NCBI GenBank assembly: GCA_025700225.1
Contig: GCA_025700225.1_4339.1
Source: a phage
Strand: one strand, 5' to 3'
Length of the DNA stretch: 44,937 bases
Of the stretch, positions 1-7,934 are shown piece by piece. Position 1 is the first letter of the stretch; the number at the start of each line of letters is the position of its first letter. Both the position numbers and the translations under genes were made by a program. Under the pieces are notes generated by a model, which had not been told where the DNA came from, made no database searches, and was given only the letters and a program-made list of their open reading frames with translations.

Positions 1-32
1 AAAAAAAAATCCCGGCTGGGTCAGGGCCGGGA
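1..32 (-). terminator. intrinsic terminator (GC hairpin + T-run on minus strand)
   Basis: 7-bp stem tcccggc/gccggga (10-32); read on the minus strand it is followed by nine T (plus-strand A1-9). Confidence 0.55.
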
Positions 33-285
33 GAAACAGAGAGTAGAGGGATGATACAGGAGGTCGGAATAGTCCTCAAGGCACTGCCATTCCCTGTTAC
101 GGATGTCACCATACGGCGACCAATGGTCTTATGTATCTTGAGTGGATGAAACCAGTATGAAGCGGCCGTTGTTGGGTGTCAACAGAGATTTCCGGCTCGC
201 GTTACCGCACATCGGCTCGACCTTGCCACAGGTCCGCGCGGGTGATGATACCCGGAATGCCCGCAATGTTGTTTATCTTCTGTTG

Positions 286-318
286 ACGAAATAAAACCCG
301 GATTCGCGGTCCGGGTTT
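286..318 (-). terminator. intrinsic terminator downstream of endolysin gene
   Basis: stem aacccgga/tccgggtt with 7-nt loop; on the minus strand followed by TTTATTT; lies 40 nt past the endolysin stop. Confidence 0.55.
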
Positions 319-356
319 CGGGGTGGCGCAAGCACAAACAGCGTAGAGTGATTATA

Positions 357-845
357 TCAACCTTTCACCGCACGTCCAATAGCAACAGCCTCTTGCCACG
401 GTTTACCATCGAACAGTGCCAGTCGCCCGGCTGTACGGCGTCGCAGGCCAAGTAGGGGTTTGCCATTCTGATTAATGAACAACGCCAGCTTAGCCCGCAG
501 AGTCTTAACATCACCCGAGCGCAGTGCCTTTCCTGTGCCGGTAGTAGCAGCAATAACGCCAGCACCCGCGTTAAACACCAGGTCACACACTGCGTCGAAC
601 TGGCCCTGAGTCAGCGAGTGGTGCGCTGCGGAATCAACGGCAGCTACTGCCTTCGCCATATCGCGATTGAGTAGCAGCAGTCCCTGACCCGGCGTGATGG
701 TCTGCCCCGGCTTAACGTCGGCACCGTAATGCCCGAACCCTACGGTCAGGTACTTTTCATCCGGGGTAGCGCGATACGCAGTTCCGCGGAACCCCTCAAA
801 TGCGGCAGTGAAATGCAGCCCATTATCTGAAATGTTTCGAGACAC
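357..845 (-). CDS. endolysin, GH24 lysozyme (T4 E / lambda R-like muramidase)
   Basis: 162 aa; catalytic-region motif FEGFRGTAY...TVGFGH typical of phage lysozymes; GTG start preceded by AAGGAGG. Confidence 0.88.
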   Translation of the reverse strand: MSRNISDNGLHFTAAFEGFRGTAYRATPDEKYLTVGFGHYGADVKPGQTITPGQGLLLLNRDMAKAVAAVDSAAHHSLTQGQFDAVCDLVFNAGAGVIAATTGTGKALRSGDVKTLRAKLALFINQNGKPLLGLRRRTAGRLALFDGKPWQEAVAIGRAVKG

Positions 846-1104
846 GCTTATGTCCTCCTTTCGACTGGTAATGCAGCCACGACTGACGAATCTGTCGCAG
901 CGCTACCAGGGTAATTAATGTTTCCGGCAGCGTCGGTGACATGCTGCCTTGTAACAGGTGGATACAACCGGCAGCGCAGACAATAGCAGTCAGGATATAG
1001 AGCACTCGGCCAAACAGGCCATCGTCTACGCTGGGGTGGTATACGTTAAACAGCGATGTACCCCCGATTGCGAGCATACCGCCAAACCAGAATAACTCAT
1101 TCAT
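823..1104 (-). CDS. holin (two predicted TM helices, highly basic C-terminus)
   Basis: 93 aa from internal ATG at 1104 preceded by GGAGG; hydrophobic segments LFWFGGMLAIGG and VLYILTAIVCAAGCIHLL; overlaps endolysin start. Confidence 0.7.
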   Translation of the reverse strand: MNELFWFGGMLAIGGTSLFNVYHPSVDDGLFGRVLYILTAIVCAAGCIHLLQGSMSPTLPETLITLVALRQIRQSWLHYQSKGGHKRVSKHFR

Positions 1105-1405
1105 TGCCACCTCCGCGACGTGCGATGTATTCTCCGGCGACAATGCCAGAGAGACGGGAATAAATCGGCATCCAGAGAATAGCAATGATGAACCCAAGGC
1201 CCGCTATTTCGCGTTCACCTGCGATACCGAACCATTGAGCGGCCAGAGGTGCACCGAATACGGCGCACGCAAAGCCAGTGGCGAGAAAACAGAGAGCATC
1301 GACAGGGCCGGTAATAGTAGCTTTGTGTTGCCGTAGGCCTATTACCCCGCCAGCTAATGCGGCAGCCAGAAGCCAGCCTGTCACAGTTTCAGTAAATTTA
1401 TCCAA
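1097..1405 (-). CDS. holin-like/antiholin membrane protein (three predicted TM helices)
   Basis: ORF in track 1097-1537; best RBS (GGAGG) precedes a TTG at 1405; three hydrophobic helices; immediately upstream of holin and endolysin. Confidence 0.5.
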   Translation of the reverse strand: MDKFTETVTGWLLAAALAGGVIGLRQHKATITGPVDALCFLATGFACAVFGAPLAAQWFGIAGEREIAGLGFIIAILWMPIYSRLSGIVAGEYIARRGGGNE

Positions 1406-1621
1406 GATGAATCCTCCAGGTGCGTATTTAGTATGCTGTACCTGGAGGATACCACGGTTAGGAATTATCCGAATATCTCTTATTCCAATATTCAGCCAGT
1501 CGTTGTGCGGGTGTCTTCCGGCGCTCATGTAATTCAAGATACGTCGGATGCGTGTTGAAATGTCTTTTACGTGGTGACAGCGGCGCTTTGCCGCTGTGTT
1601 TCAGAATGTCAGTTGCGAGCG

Positions 1622-1825
1622 TCATTCAACCCCTTCCACATGTGTAACTGACCCGCAGTTAGCGCACTCGACGTAATCCGGGAACTGGTCTTTGTATTTC
1701 TGTAACTCGGCTTCTACTTCTTGCAGCTTAAAGTCCAGGTTTTGGTAATCCTCAAATTTAACCCACTTCCCGTTTCTGTCTATGAAATGGTTATCAGAAC
1801 CATACTTTGAATACCTGGTTACCAT
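1622..1825 (-). CDS. hypothetical early protein
   Basis: 67-aa ORF packed in the leftward small-gene array; CxxC motif near C-terminus. Confidence 0.5.
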   Translation of the reverse strand: MVTRYSKYGSDNHFIDRNGKWVKFEDYQNLDFKLQEVEAELQKYKDQFPDYVECANCGSVTHVEGVE

Positions 1826-1826
1826 C

Positions 1827-2030
1827 TTATTTCTCCTGTTTACCTAATCGTTTCGTTGAACATGTTGCGCGCACCTCGGTATCAATCGGCTTATCACCCT
1901 GAAACAGAAAGTGCACGTTCTCTGCGTTGCGTGCCGCAGCCTGGCACGCCTCCAGTGAGTAAAACGTTTCTGTTGCCGCTAGTTGTAACTGGCCTGCGGT
2001 CAGTGTCCAGATGAAAAGGAGCGTTGTCAT
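1827..2030 (-). CDS. hypothetical protein with hydrophobic N-terminus
   Basis: 67-aa ORF; N-terminal hydrophobic stretch TTLLFIWTLTAGQLQLAA; abuts neighbouring genes. Confidence 0.45.
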   Translation of the reverse strand: MTTLLFIWTLTAGQLQLAATETFYSLEACQAAARNAENVHFLFQGDKPIDTEVRATCSTKRLGKQEK

Positions 2031-2509
2031 TCAGTAATTACCCCGCATTTAGCACAACGCCGGTGTTCTTCACCGTTAGGGTAATAATACTCCCACTCAT
2101 GTTTGCATTTCTGGGTATCTTCTTTCGGTTTGTATTCCTCGTCGTCCCACTCGCGCTTACCGCATTCACAGCAAAACCGACTACCAGGCACGTTGTCCGG
2201 GTTGCCTTCGCCAAGAAACAATCCAGGAGCGATAATCCAATTGTGGTCGCATTCCTGAGTATCATTCTTACGGCAACCAGATTGCTCCGGCTCATGCGGA
2301 AACTTATTAACCAGCACTGATATTTCTTCCTGCAACTCAGACACCAGCGCCGAAGCATCACGTAACTGGTTCTTAAGTGACAACACCTCATGTGCCAGGT
2401 CTTCGCACTGTTGCTTGTATGGGTTGTTCGTTAGCTGCTGCCGTAGTTGGTTAAGCAGGAACTCGATTACTGCGTCGTTGTTACTCACCATCACCTTCCC
2501 CTTCTTCAT
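2027..2509 (-). CDS. Cys-rich hypothetical protein (putative zinc-ribbon clusters)
   Basis: 160 aa; C-terminal half has clustered Cys (GCRKNDTQEC, FCCECGK, RCAKCG); start may be ATG at 2491, which has a better SD. Confidence 0.6.
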   Translation of the reverse strand: MKKGKVMVSNNDAVIEFLLNQLRQQLTNNPYKQQCEDLAHEVLSLKNQLRDASALVSELQEEISVLVNKFPHEPEQSGCRKNDTQECDHNWIIAPGLFLGEGNPDNVPGSRFCCECGKREWDDEEYKPKEDTQKCKHEWEYYYPNGEEHRRCAKCGVITE

Positions 2510-2702
2510 CGATTAACTCAAACTTACCGTTCGCGTGCTGTATAGCTTCTTGTCCGCAATAATCACATACAACGAGTTTATCGAAGCCGTCGAACTCGTC
2601 ACCAACAACGCAAGATAGTACGAATTTGTGGTCGGTACATACCTCTTGCCGCGGCAGGAAGATTGCGCTAATCGACCCTGCTATTGCTTTAATTAAGTTC
2701 AC
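2481..2702 (-). CDS. hypothetical protein
   Basis: 73 aa; GTG start preceded by GGAGG; CDYCG motif. Confidence 0.5.
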   Translation of the reverse strand: MNLIKAIAGSISAIFLPRQEVCTDHKFVLSCVVGDEFDGFDKLVVCDYCGQEAIQHANGKFELIDEEGEGDGE

Positions 2703-2814
2703 CGTCTACCTCCAGTTCGCCGTAAACATGTTCATTGTCGCCGTCGCATACACCGCAAACTTGCAACTCAGCATAAAGCTGTTCCAGTCGTTCTACCGTC
2801 AGATACTTATACAT
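2689..2814 (-). CDS. small hypothetical protein (41 aa, CxxC)
   Basis: ATG at 2814 preceded by GAGGAGAGA; below the ORF-track size cut-off; overlaps the next gene start. Confidence 0.35.
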   Translation of the reverse strand: MYKYLTVERLEQLYAELQVCGVCDGDNEHVYGELEVDGELN

Positions 2815-2840
2815 CTTCTGTCTCTCCTCTCGTTCGTGTA

Positions 2841-2875
2841 AATGAATAGTAGCCTATTCTATCTTAGTGTGCAAG
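2841..2875 (-). promoter_or_regulatory. promoter-operator motif copy (GAATAG-N4-CTATTC palindrome; TTGCAC...TAGAAT read leftward)
   Basis: member of the repeated motif family; sits 25-60 nt upstream of the leftward gene start at 2814. Confidence 0.5.
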
Positions 2876-2881
2876 TAAATT

Positions 2882-3076
2882 TTATTGGTGTTTTAAATAT
2901 AATCGTTCACTGCGAATCCAGTAGTACCTCGGACGTCTGGCCCACTGACGCCATCGCATAACACGGTACTTGCTGCCGTTTAACGCAACAATAAGACCGA
3001 ATCGCTTTTCTCCGTTTCTACCGGTCCAGGTTACGATGTCATTCAGTTTCATTGTTGCATCTCCTGCAATAGTCAC
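2882..3076 (-). CDS. hypothetical protein
   Basis: 64-aa ORF, basic C-terminus. Confidence 0.45.
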   Translation of the reverse strand: MTIAGDATMKLNDIVTWTGRNGEKRFGLIVALNGSKYRVMRWRQWARRPRYYWIRSERLYLKHQ

Positions 3077-3186
3077 TTCGATTGTTGCGTTTGGTGAAAG
3101 TGTCGCTTTTTGACGACACTAATCTAAAGTTGTACGCTGCTACACAGCAGCGTAAGTCACTCAGTAAAATCCCAAACTATTGAACA

Positions 3187-3396
3187 TCACATTCCCGGCG
3201 GCTCAGGTAAAGGCATCCAGTGTGTTGGTTTCCACGAAGCTCCAGGAATTAGCCACCCATCATCAGCGTCAGGATGTCCCGGAATATAAGTAGCCCACTT
3301 CATACGCCAATCACCTTTATGCCCGAACTCCGTTGCTACGAGAACGCCCGTCATTTTAGGAGGCATCCGCTCACTACACTTAATCCACTTGCTCAT
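3187..3396 (-). CDS. DUF551-like phage protein
   Basis: 69 aa; W-rich pattern MSKWIKCSERMPP...THWMPLPEPP resembles DUF551 proteins. Confidence 0.65.
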   Translation of the reverse strand: MSKWIKCSERMPPKMTGVLVATEFGHKGDWRMKWATYIPGHPDADDGWLIPGASWKPTHWMPLPEPPGM

Positions 3397-3554
3397 AAAT
3401 CGCCTCTCTTCTCAAACGCACCAGCCATTACATTCGCACCAGCTTTCCACGCCCGCCACGCAAGACGAGTCTTAACGTTCAGGTACTCTTTCTTCGAACC
3501 CTTGTTAACGGGCAGCCCCTCGACGACGGCCCACCGTTCAAATGCTTCTCTCAT
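3393..3554 (-). CDS. small hypothetical protein (53 aa)
   Basis: ATG at 3554 preceded by GAGGA; stop overlaps next start (ATGA); fills gap between track ORFs. Confidence 0.4.
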   Translation of the reverse strand: MREAFERWAVVEGLPVNKGSKKEYLNVKTRLAWRAWKAGANVMAGAFEKRGDL

Positions 3555-3557
3555 AAC

Positions 3558-3749
3558 TTAGTAATCCTCGTCTTCTTCTTCCTGATACTCGATGAACGCA
3601 CCCAGGCGCTGCAACTCGGCACACGCCATAAAATACCCCAACGCATCGGCGCGTTCCGAATCTGTCTTAAACTCGGATAGTGGATAACGCTCATAGAACT
3701 TGTTAATCAAAAACGCCTGGTCGAATTTAGTAGCGTCGTAATTACTCAT
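3558..3749 (-). CDS. hypothetical protein (acidic C-terminus)
   Basis: 63-aa ORF in coupled array. Confidence 0.5.
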   Translation of the reverse strand: MSNYDATKFDQAFLINKFYERYPLSEFKTDSERADALGYFMACAELQRLGAFIEYQEEEDEDY

Positions 3750-3952
3750 AACTCAACTCCGTTATGTTTCATAAAACTGTTTAACTTATACCTCCGGTAC
3801 CGCGCTACCTCCTTAGCGTGGGCCAAATGCCACGACTTCCACGGAGTGTATTTCGCCTTTTCCCAGCATTCAACACCAAACTCTGCGGCGCGCAGACCAC
3901 CAACCAGACGCGCCAAACGAAATTTGTTATACGGACTCATACCAACCCCCAT
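3746..3952 (-). CDS. hypothetical protein
   Basis: 68-aa ORF, overlapping stop/start with neighbour. Confidence 0.5.
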   Translation of the reverse strand: MGVGMSPYNKFRLARLVGGLRAAEFGVECWEKAKYTPWKSWHLAHAKEVARYRRYKLNSFMKHNGVEL

Positions 3953-4010
3953 AACGCGTGCACCACATAAACGGCGCTGACAATTAAAATAAACGGGTAA
4001 TTATTCATAC

Positions 4011-4268
4011 TTAGTCCTTAACTCTTACCCAAAACTCACCACAATACCAACACCACATAAGATTCGGCGACTCACGCACCCACCCGTAGTCCTTACGCGC
4101 ACGAATTGGGATAATACCTTTAACGCAATAATAGCCTGTGCGCAGAAACTCAGGGTCGCGGGTCGCAGTACGCCACATATTATAAAACTGCGCCAACCCC
4201 GCACCGCGACGCATAACCCGCACCTTATGAAGGGTGTCCGTAACCTTTTCCAGTTCAGTGTTATTCAT
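4011..4268 (-). CDS. hypothetical protein (Cys/Trp-rich)
   Basis: ATG at 4268 preceded by GGGAGG; track ORF extends to a TTG at 4277. Confidence 0.5.
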   Translation of the reverse strand: MNNTELEKVTDTLHKVRVMRRGAGLAQFYNMWRTATRDPEFLRTGYYCVKGIIPIRARKDYGWVRESPNLMWCWYCGEFWVRVKD

Positions 4269-4471
4269 TAACGGCAACCTCCCTCAGAGTCGTCGGCGCT
4301 AGCATCATGATTCGATGCCGTTCGTAGTGCACGTAAAACTTTCAGCAAATCTTCACATGCCTCAGAAGAAACAGTTGAACCGCCTAATAAAGTAACCTTG
4401 TAATGGTTAACTATGAAATGCACTTCTTCCAGTTCATGATGTTTAAGTTCTTCAAATAATTCTTCCATCAC
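4268..4471 (-). CDS. hypothetical protein
   Basis: 67-aa ORF. Confidence 0.5.
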   Translation of the reverse strand: MMEELFEELKHHELEEVHFIVNHYKVTLLGGSTVSSEACEDLLKVLRALRTASNHDASADDSEGGCR

Positions 4472-4662
4472 TTCGCCCCTTTGAATTTAAAATTGTTGCC
4501 GATGAGTTCCATATCCTGCGCGTATAAAACGGTGAGATACGACCCTGCTAAAGATTTTGCGAAATAGACGCTACACTCTTTGTGGTGTACGAATGAAATA
4601 ACCGCTAGCTCTCCTGTCTCAGTAATCCTTACCAACTGACCCTTCTTAAACATAACCCTCAC
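4468..4662 (-). CDS. hypothetical protein, first gene of leftward early arm
   Basis: 64-aa ORF; RBS GAGGAG upstream; adjacent to divergent control region. Confidence 0.55.
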   Translation of the reverse strand: MRVMFKKGQLVRITETGELAVISFVHHKECSVYFAKSLAGSYLTVLYAQDMELIGNNFKFKGAK

Positions 4663-4675
4663 TCCTCTGTCTCGT

Positions 4676-4721
4676 TTCGATAAGTGAATAGTAGCCTATT
4701 ATATTGGTATGTGCAAGCGAA
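4676..4721. promoter_or_regulatory. promoter-operator motif copy in divergent control region
   Basis: tcgataaGTGAATAGtagcCTATTATATTggtatgtgcaag; near-identical to the copy at 37505-37556 in the opposite orientation. Confidence 0.55.
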
Positions 4722-4892
4722 GATTCGTTGCCGTTGTGATTCTTTGGAGGAGGGTTGTGCCTTTATTCTTTTTACTTGGTAACTAGAGGGCAGGCCTTAA
4801 GGCCTGCCCAATAATAGTTACATTTTTACGGTTGCGAATCTACGGCACTTTAAGAAAATCAGTTACTTAGTAACTTTGAGGGATTTTTACAA

Positions 4893-5035
4893 TAGACTAT
4901 GGCCCTTCCGAACGCGTCAGCGTAACTACACTCAGGACTAACGTCCCGCTCCGTTACATGCCGCGCCGCGGTCGCTTGCTCATACTTCACAAGCTCATGT
5001 GGAGCTTACCATATTTTTAAGTAAAAGTCAATACC
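4893..5035. repeat. conserved ~140-bp non-coding element, copy A (candidate structured RNA / cis-regulatory leader)
   Basis: about 85% identical to 37311-37455 in the same orientation; no ORF; hairpins with compensatory changes. Confidence 0.6.
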
Positions 5036-5078
5036 TGTAGCATCTTTTGTATCTTAGTAACTTTGTTCATGGATTGGG

Positions 5079-5107
5079 TTGCTTTTACATTCCCGCTATC
5101 ATATACT
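5079..5107 (+). promoter_or_regulatory. sigma70-like promoter for the rightward replication operon
   Basis: TTGCTT-N17-TATACT about 30 nt upstream of the GGAGG RBS of the gene at 5139. Confidence 0.5.
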
Positions 5108-5138
5108 TGGCTTCATCAAACAGAGAGGAGGTATATAA

Positions 5139-5321
5139 ATGCAACATTACATGACGCAGAATGAAGTAGCTGAACGTATCGGGGTGACTCGCCAGACAAT
5201 TAATAACTGGTTACGCAGTGGTAAATTCCCTGACTGCTGTATTAAGGTAATGGGCCGCCGATTACCAGGTACATTTGACCGTAATAAAGTTGAAGAATGG
5301 ATTAAGGAGAACGTGAAATGA
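5139..5321 (+). CDS. small HTH DNA-binding protein (AlpA/Xis/MerR-like)
   Basis: 60 aa; MTQNEVAERIGVTRQTINNWLRSGKFP is a classic helix-turn-helix; strong RBS GGAGG. Confidence 0.7.
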   Translation: MQHYMTQNEVAERIGVTRQTINNWLRSGKFPDCCIKVMGRRLPGTFDRNKVEEWIKENVK

Positions 5322-5551
5322 TTGGTCGTATGGGTTGTAGCTATAGAGAAGACGGCAGTGTTAAGCATTATTTTAAAATAGCATCTGCTATCTCAGCAGA
5401 AGGTTGTTACGTTGAACTTTTCCCTTACACATTCCGTGGGCCTACTAAGATAGTTAAATACTCTATCGAGGATATTTTGGATTGCCGGTTTTTCCAGACA
5501 GAAGTTGAATGGGTGAACGCCGCCAATATTAAAAAGAAACCCCAACGCTAG
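5318..5551 (+). CDS. hypothetical protein
   Basis: 77-aa ORF, ATGA-coupled to the upstream gene. Confidence 0.5.
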   Translation: MIGRMGCSYREDGSVKHYFKIASAISAEGCYVELFPYTFRGPTKIVKYSIEDILDCRFFQTEVEWVNAANIKKKPQR

Positions 5552-5601
5552 AACGTCGGGGCTAAGGTACAAATCATCAAAGTAAGCACAAGGATTATAC
5601 A

Positions 5602-5730
5602 ATGACAAAGTTAATTGTTCCACAACTACGCCGTCAGAGACACGGCGCTGATTTCTTCGCACCTGTGAAGATGAACCGCGCTATGCGCCGTATGCAGGAA
5701 GCTTTAGAACGTGCGGAGAAAAAGAAATGA
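5602..5730 (+). CDS. small basic hypothetical protein (42 aa)
   Basis: ATG preceded by AAGGA; stop overlaps primase/helicase start (ATGA). Confidence 0.35.
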   Translation: MTKLIVPQLRRQRHGADFFAPVKMNRAMRRMQEALERAEKKK

Positions 5731-7934
5731 ATATCATCTTCGCTACCCTTAGAAACACGTTCGATAAAAACCCGGTCGCGCGCGAGATGCCACTGGAACA
5801 GTTTGTCGAGTTTGTGTGTGATACGTCGAAACGTATGTCCGTCGACCCGTCGTGGACAAAAGAAGAATACGACGCAGCTAAGATTAAGCAGAAGGCTATC
5901 GCTCCTGTTGGTGGTCGCCGTAAAAACGCGATACTCGAAGACAGCGTGGTTAAGTTCGACTTCGACCATCTTACACGCGCGCAGTACCGCGACCTTACCC
6001 GCAAATTCAAGAACGCGCCGTTCTTCAATATTCTGCATACAACGGCGTCGCACCAGCACGCGTGCAAGAACGGTGACTACGCGTTCCGTGTTCTTGTTCC
6101 TGCACGAACCCCGTTTAACACTAACGATGCCTGGATGGTGCAACGCGCTATTTGCGCAGAGTTAGAGATTGACGAATCTCTTCGCGACCACTGCACAGAG
6201 GACGGCAACCGTCTTATCTACCTGCCGCATAAAGAGTCGAAGATAACTGTTACAGAAGGTCGTGTTATCCGCGCCGAACGCTACATAAAAAAAGCTGAGG
6301 GGATGGGGCTTAAGAAACGTGAAGCTAAGACACTTGCCGCCGATGAGCACGGTCTTAACGCGGATATAGCGCATTTTTGCGAAGCAGAGTTGGGCCTTGA
6401 AGCGCTGTCGTCAGGTCGTGGATACGAAGTACCATGCCCCAACGAACACCTGCATACGGGGAAAGGCTCCACCAGTATCATGTTAGATGGTAAAGAGGTG
6501 CGTTTTGTATGTCAGCATACTAACAACGGCTCGTGCACTGAACTTAACCGCCGCCAGCATCTGGCCTTGCGTATGTGCGGTTTACCAGATGAACTGAACG
6601 TTGATAAGCAGCCAATCAGCATCAACAGTATCCGCGCCGCGCTCCCAGATTTACCGGAAGAAGAGATTGAAGAACTGCACCGTACAGAAAACGAAGAATC
6701 GGTAACTTGCACGCTGGAAGACCTTGAAGAAGAGGATGAGTTACCGGAACCGGTAAAGGCCGATTTCGTCGTCGAGGGCTACATGCCGTCAGATTGCATA
6801 TGGGATATCGTCGGTGAGTCCGGCACATATAAGTCTTTCTACACCCTGGGCATGATGTACCTTAGCGCCGCCGGGTACCGGTTCGCAGGCGCTGATACGC
6901 AGCGCTGCCATCACTTCTACATTGACGGGGAAGGCGGCGCGGCTACACGCACACGTATTGACGCACTGGCGGCTAAGTACGGAGAGGAAGGCAAGAACTA
7001 CATCCACGTTATCGATATGGGTGAAGTCGGAAAACTGAAAAGCCTGATTAAGCTGATGCGCGAAACTGCTGGCGACGAGCCAATTGGCATGGTTGCGTTC
7101 GATACCCTCAACCAGACGCTGGCCCTGACTATTGATAAGTTCGACGAGAATAGCTCATCAACGGCAATCGGTATGGGTAAAGTTATCGCCATACTGAAAG
7201 AAGTCCGCGATGCGACTAAAGCTGCCGTTGGAGTTGTACACCACACGCCAAAAGGCGGAAAGAAAGCCCGTGGTAGCGGTGCGCTGTACGCGGGCGTGGA
7301 CGTTGAACTGACAATTGAGCGCGCAACAGACCGCCAGATTAACGTCTCGCACACTAAATTTAAGCACGGGCCGCAACAGAAAACGATTGGTATGGTGCTG
7401 GAGCCGGTGCAGTTTCGTGAAGCCCCTCCACCGAAAGAGTACCGCGCGGTAGAGTTCATCGGTAGCACCGAGGAATACGGCGCAATCGTAAACCTTGACC
7501 TGCCGGAACCCCATAAGGCGCTCGTGTTAATGCCGTGGGGCTTTGAGCCGTTCAAGACAGATGAGGAAAAAGAGCGGGAAGAAGGGCTGTCTAAAGAAGG
7601 GAAAGAAAAAGTAAAGGAAGAAGTTAAACGCGGCAGGGATGAAGTAAGGAAGGAGTCAATACTCTCGGCACTCGAAGACCTGCAACAGTCCGACGACACT
7701 GGCCGCGGGTTTACACAACGGCAGATAGTAGCCAATTCTGGCGACCACTCTATAACTAACCACCATCTTGAGAAGATGCTGAAAGACGGTGAGTTGATGT
7801 TGGGGTGTGACGTTAACGGTGAGGTGATACCGGGAACATACCGGATACCAGAAAAGATGGGGGACAGGCTGAGGCCGAAGACAGTGTACGAACCGAATGA
7901 AATGCTGGTAGTGACCGAGGAGGATTTGGAATGA
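5727..7934 (+). CDS. DNA primase/helicase (N-terminal primase-like region plus P-loop NTPase/helicase domain)
   Basis: 735 aa; Walker A-like GESGTYKS and a second nucleotide-binding region; Glu/Lys-rich C-terminal extension; sits in the replication module. Confidence 0.8.
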   Translation: MNIIFATLRNTFDKNPVAREMPLEQFVEFVCDTSKRMSVDPSWTKEEYDAAKIKQKAIAPVGGRRKNAILEDSVVKFDFDHLTRAQYRDLTRKFKNAPFFNILHTTASHQHACKNGDYAFRVLVPARTPFNTNDAWMVQRAICAELEIDESLRDHCTEDGNRLIYLPHKESKITVTEGRVIRAERYIKKAEGMGLKKREAKTLAADEHGLNADIAHFCEAELGLEALSSGRGYEVPCPNEHLHTGKGSTSIMLDGKEVRFVCQHTNNGSCTELNRRQHLALRMCGLPDELNVDKQPISINSIRAALPDLPEEEIEELHRTENEESVTCTLEDLEEEDELPEPVKADFVVEGYMPSDCIWDIVGESGTYKSFYTLGMMYLSAAGYRFAGADTQRCHHFYIDGEGGAATRTRIDALAAKYGEEGKNYIHVIDMGEVGKLKSLIKLMRETAGDEPIGMVAFDTLNQTLALTIDKFDENSSSTAIGMGKVIAILKEVRDATKAAVGVVHHTPKGGKKARGSGALYAGVDVELTIERATDRQINVSHTKFKHGPQQKTIGMVLEPVQFREAPPPKEYRAVEFIGSTEEYGAIVNLDLPEPHKALVLMPWGFEPFKTDEEKEREEGLSKEGKEKVKEEVKRGRDEVRKESILSALEDLQQSDDTGRGFTQRQIVANSGDHSITNHHLEKMLKDGELMLGCDVNGEVIPGTYRIPEKMGDRLRPKTVYEPNEMLVVTEEDLE

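Noticed and set aside
3274-3561. 95-aa plus-strand ORF in the leftward early arm
   Set aside because: Opposite in orientation to the tightly coupled minus-strand genes it overlaps and lacks an RBS.
4893-5035. Conserved element as a small protein-coding gene
   Set aside because: A 20-codon frame exists in copy A only; copy B has no start codon in the corresponding frame, so conservation is not at the protein level.
4893-5035. Conserved element as a tRNA
   Set aside because: No cloverleaf could be drawn and no T-arm GTTCGA-like or acceptor-stem pairing is present in either copy.
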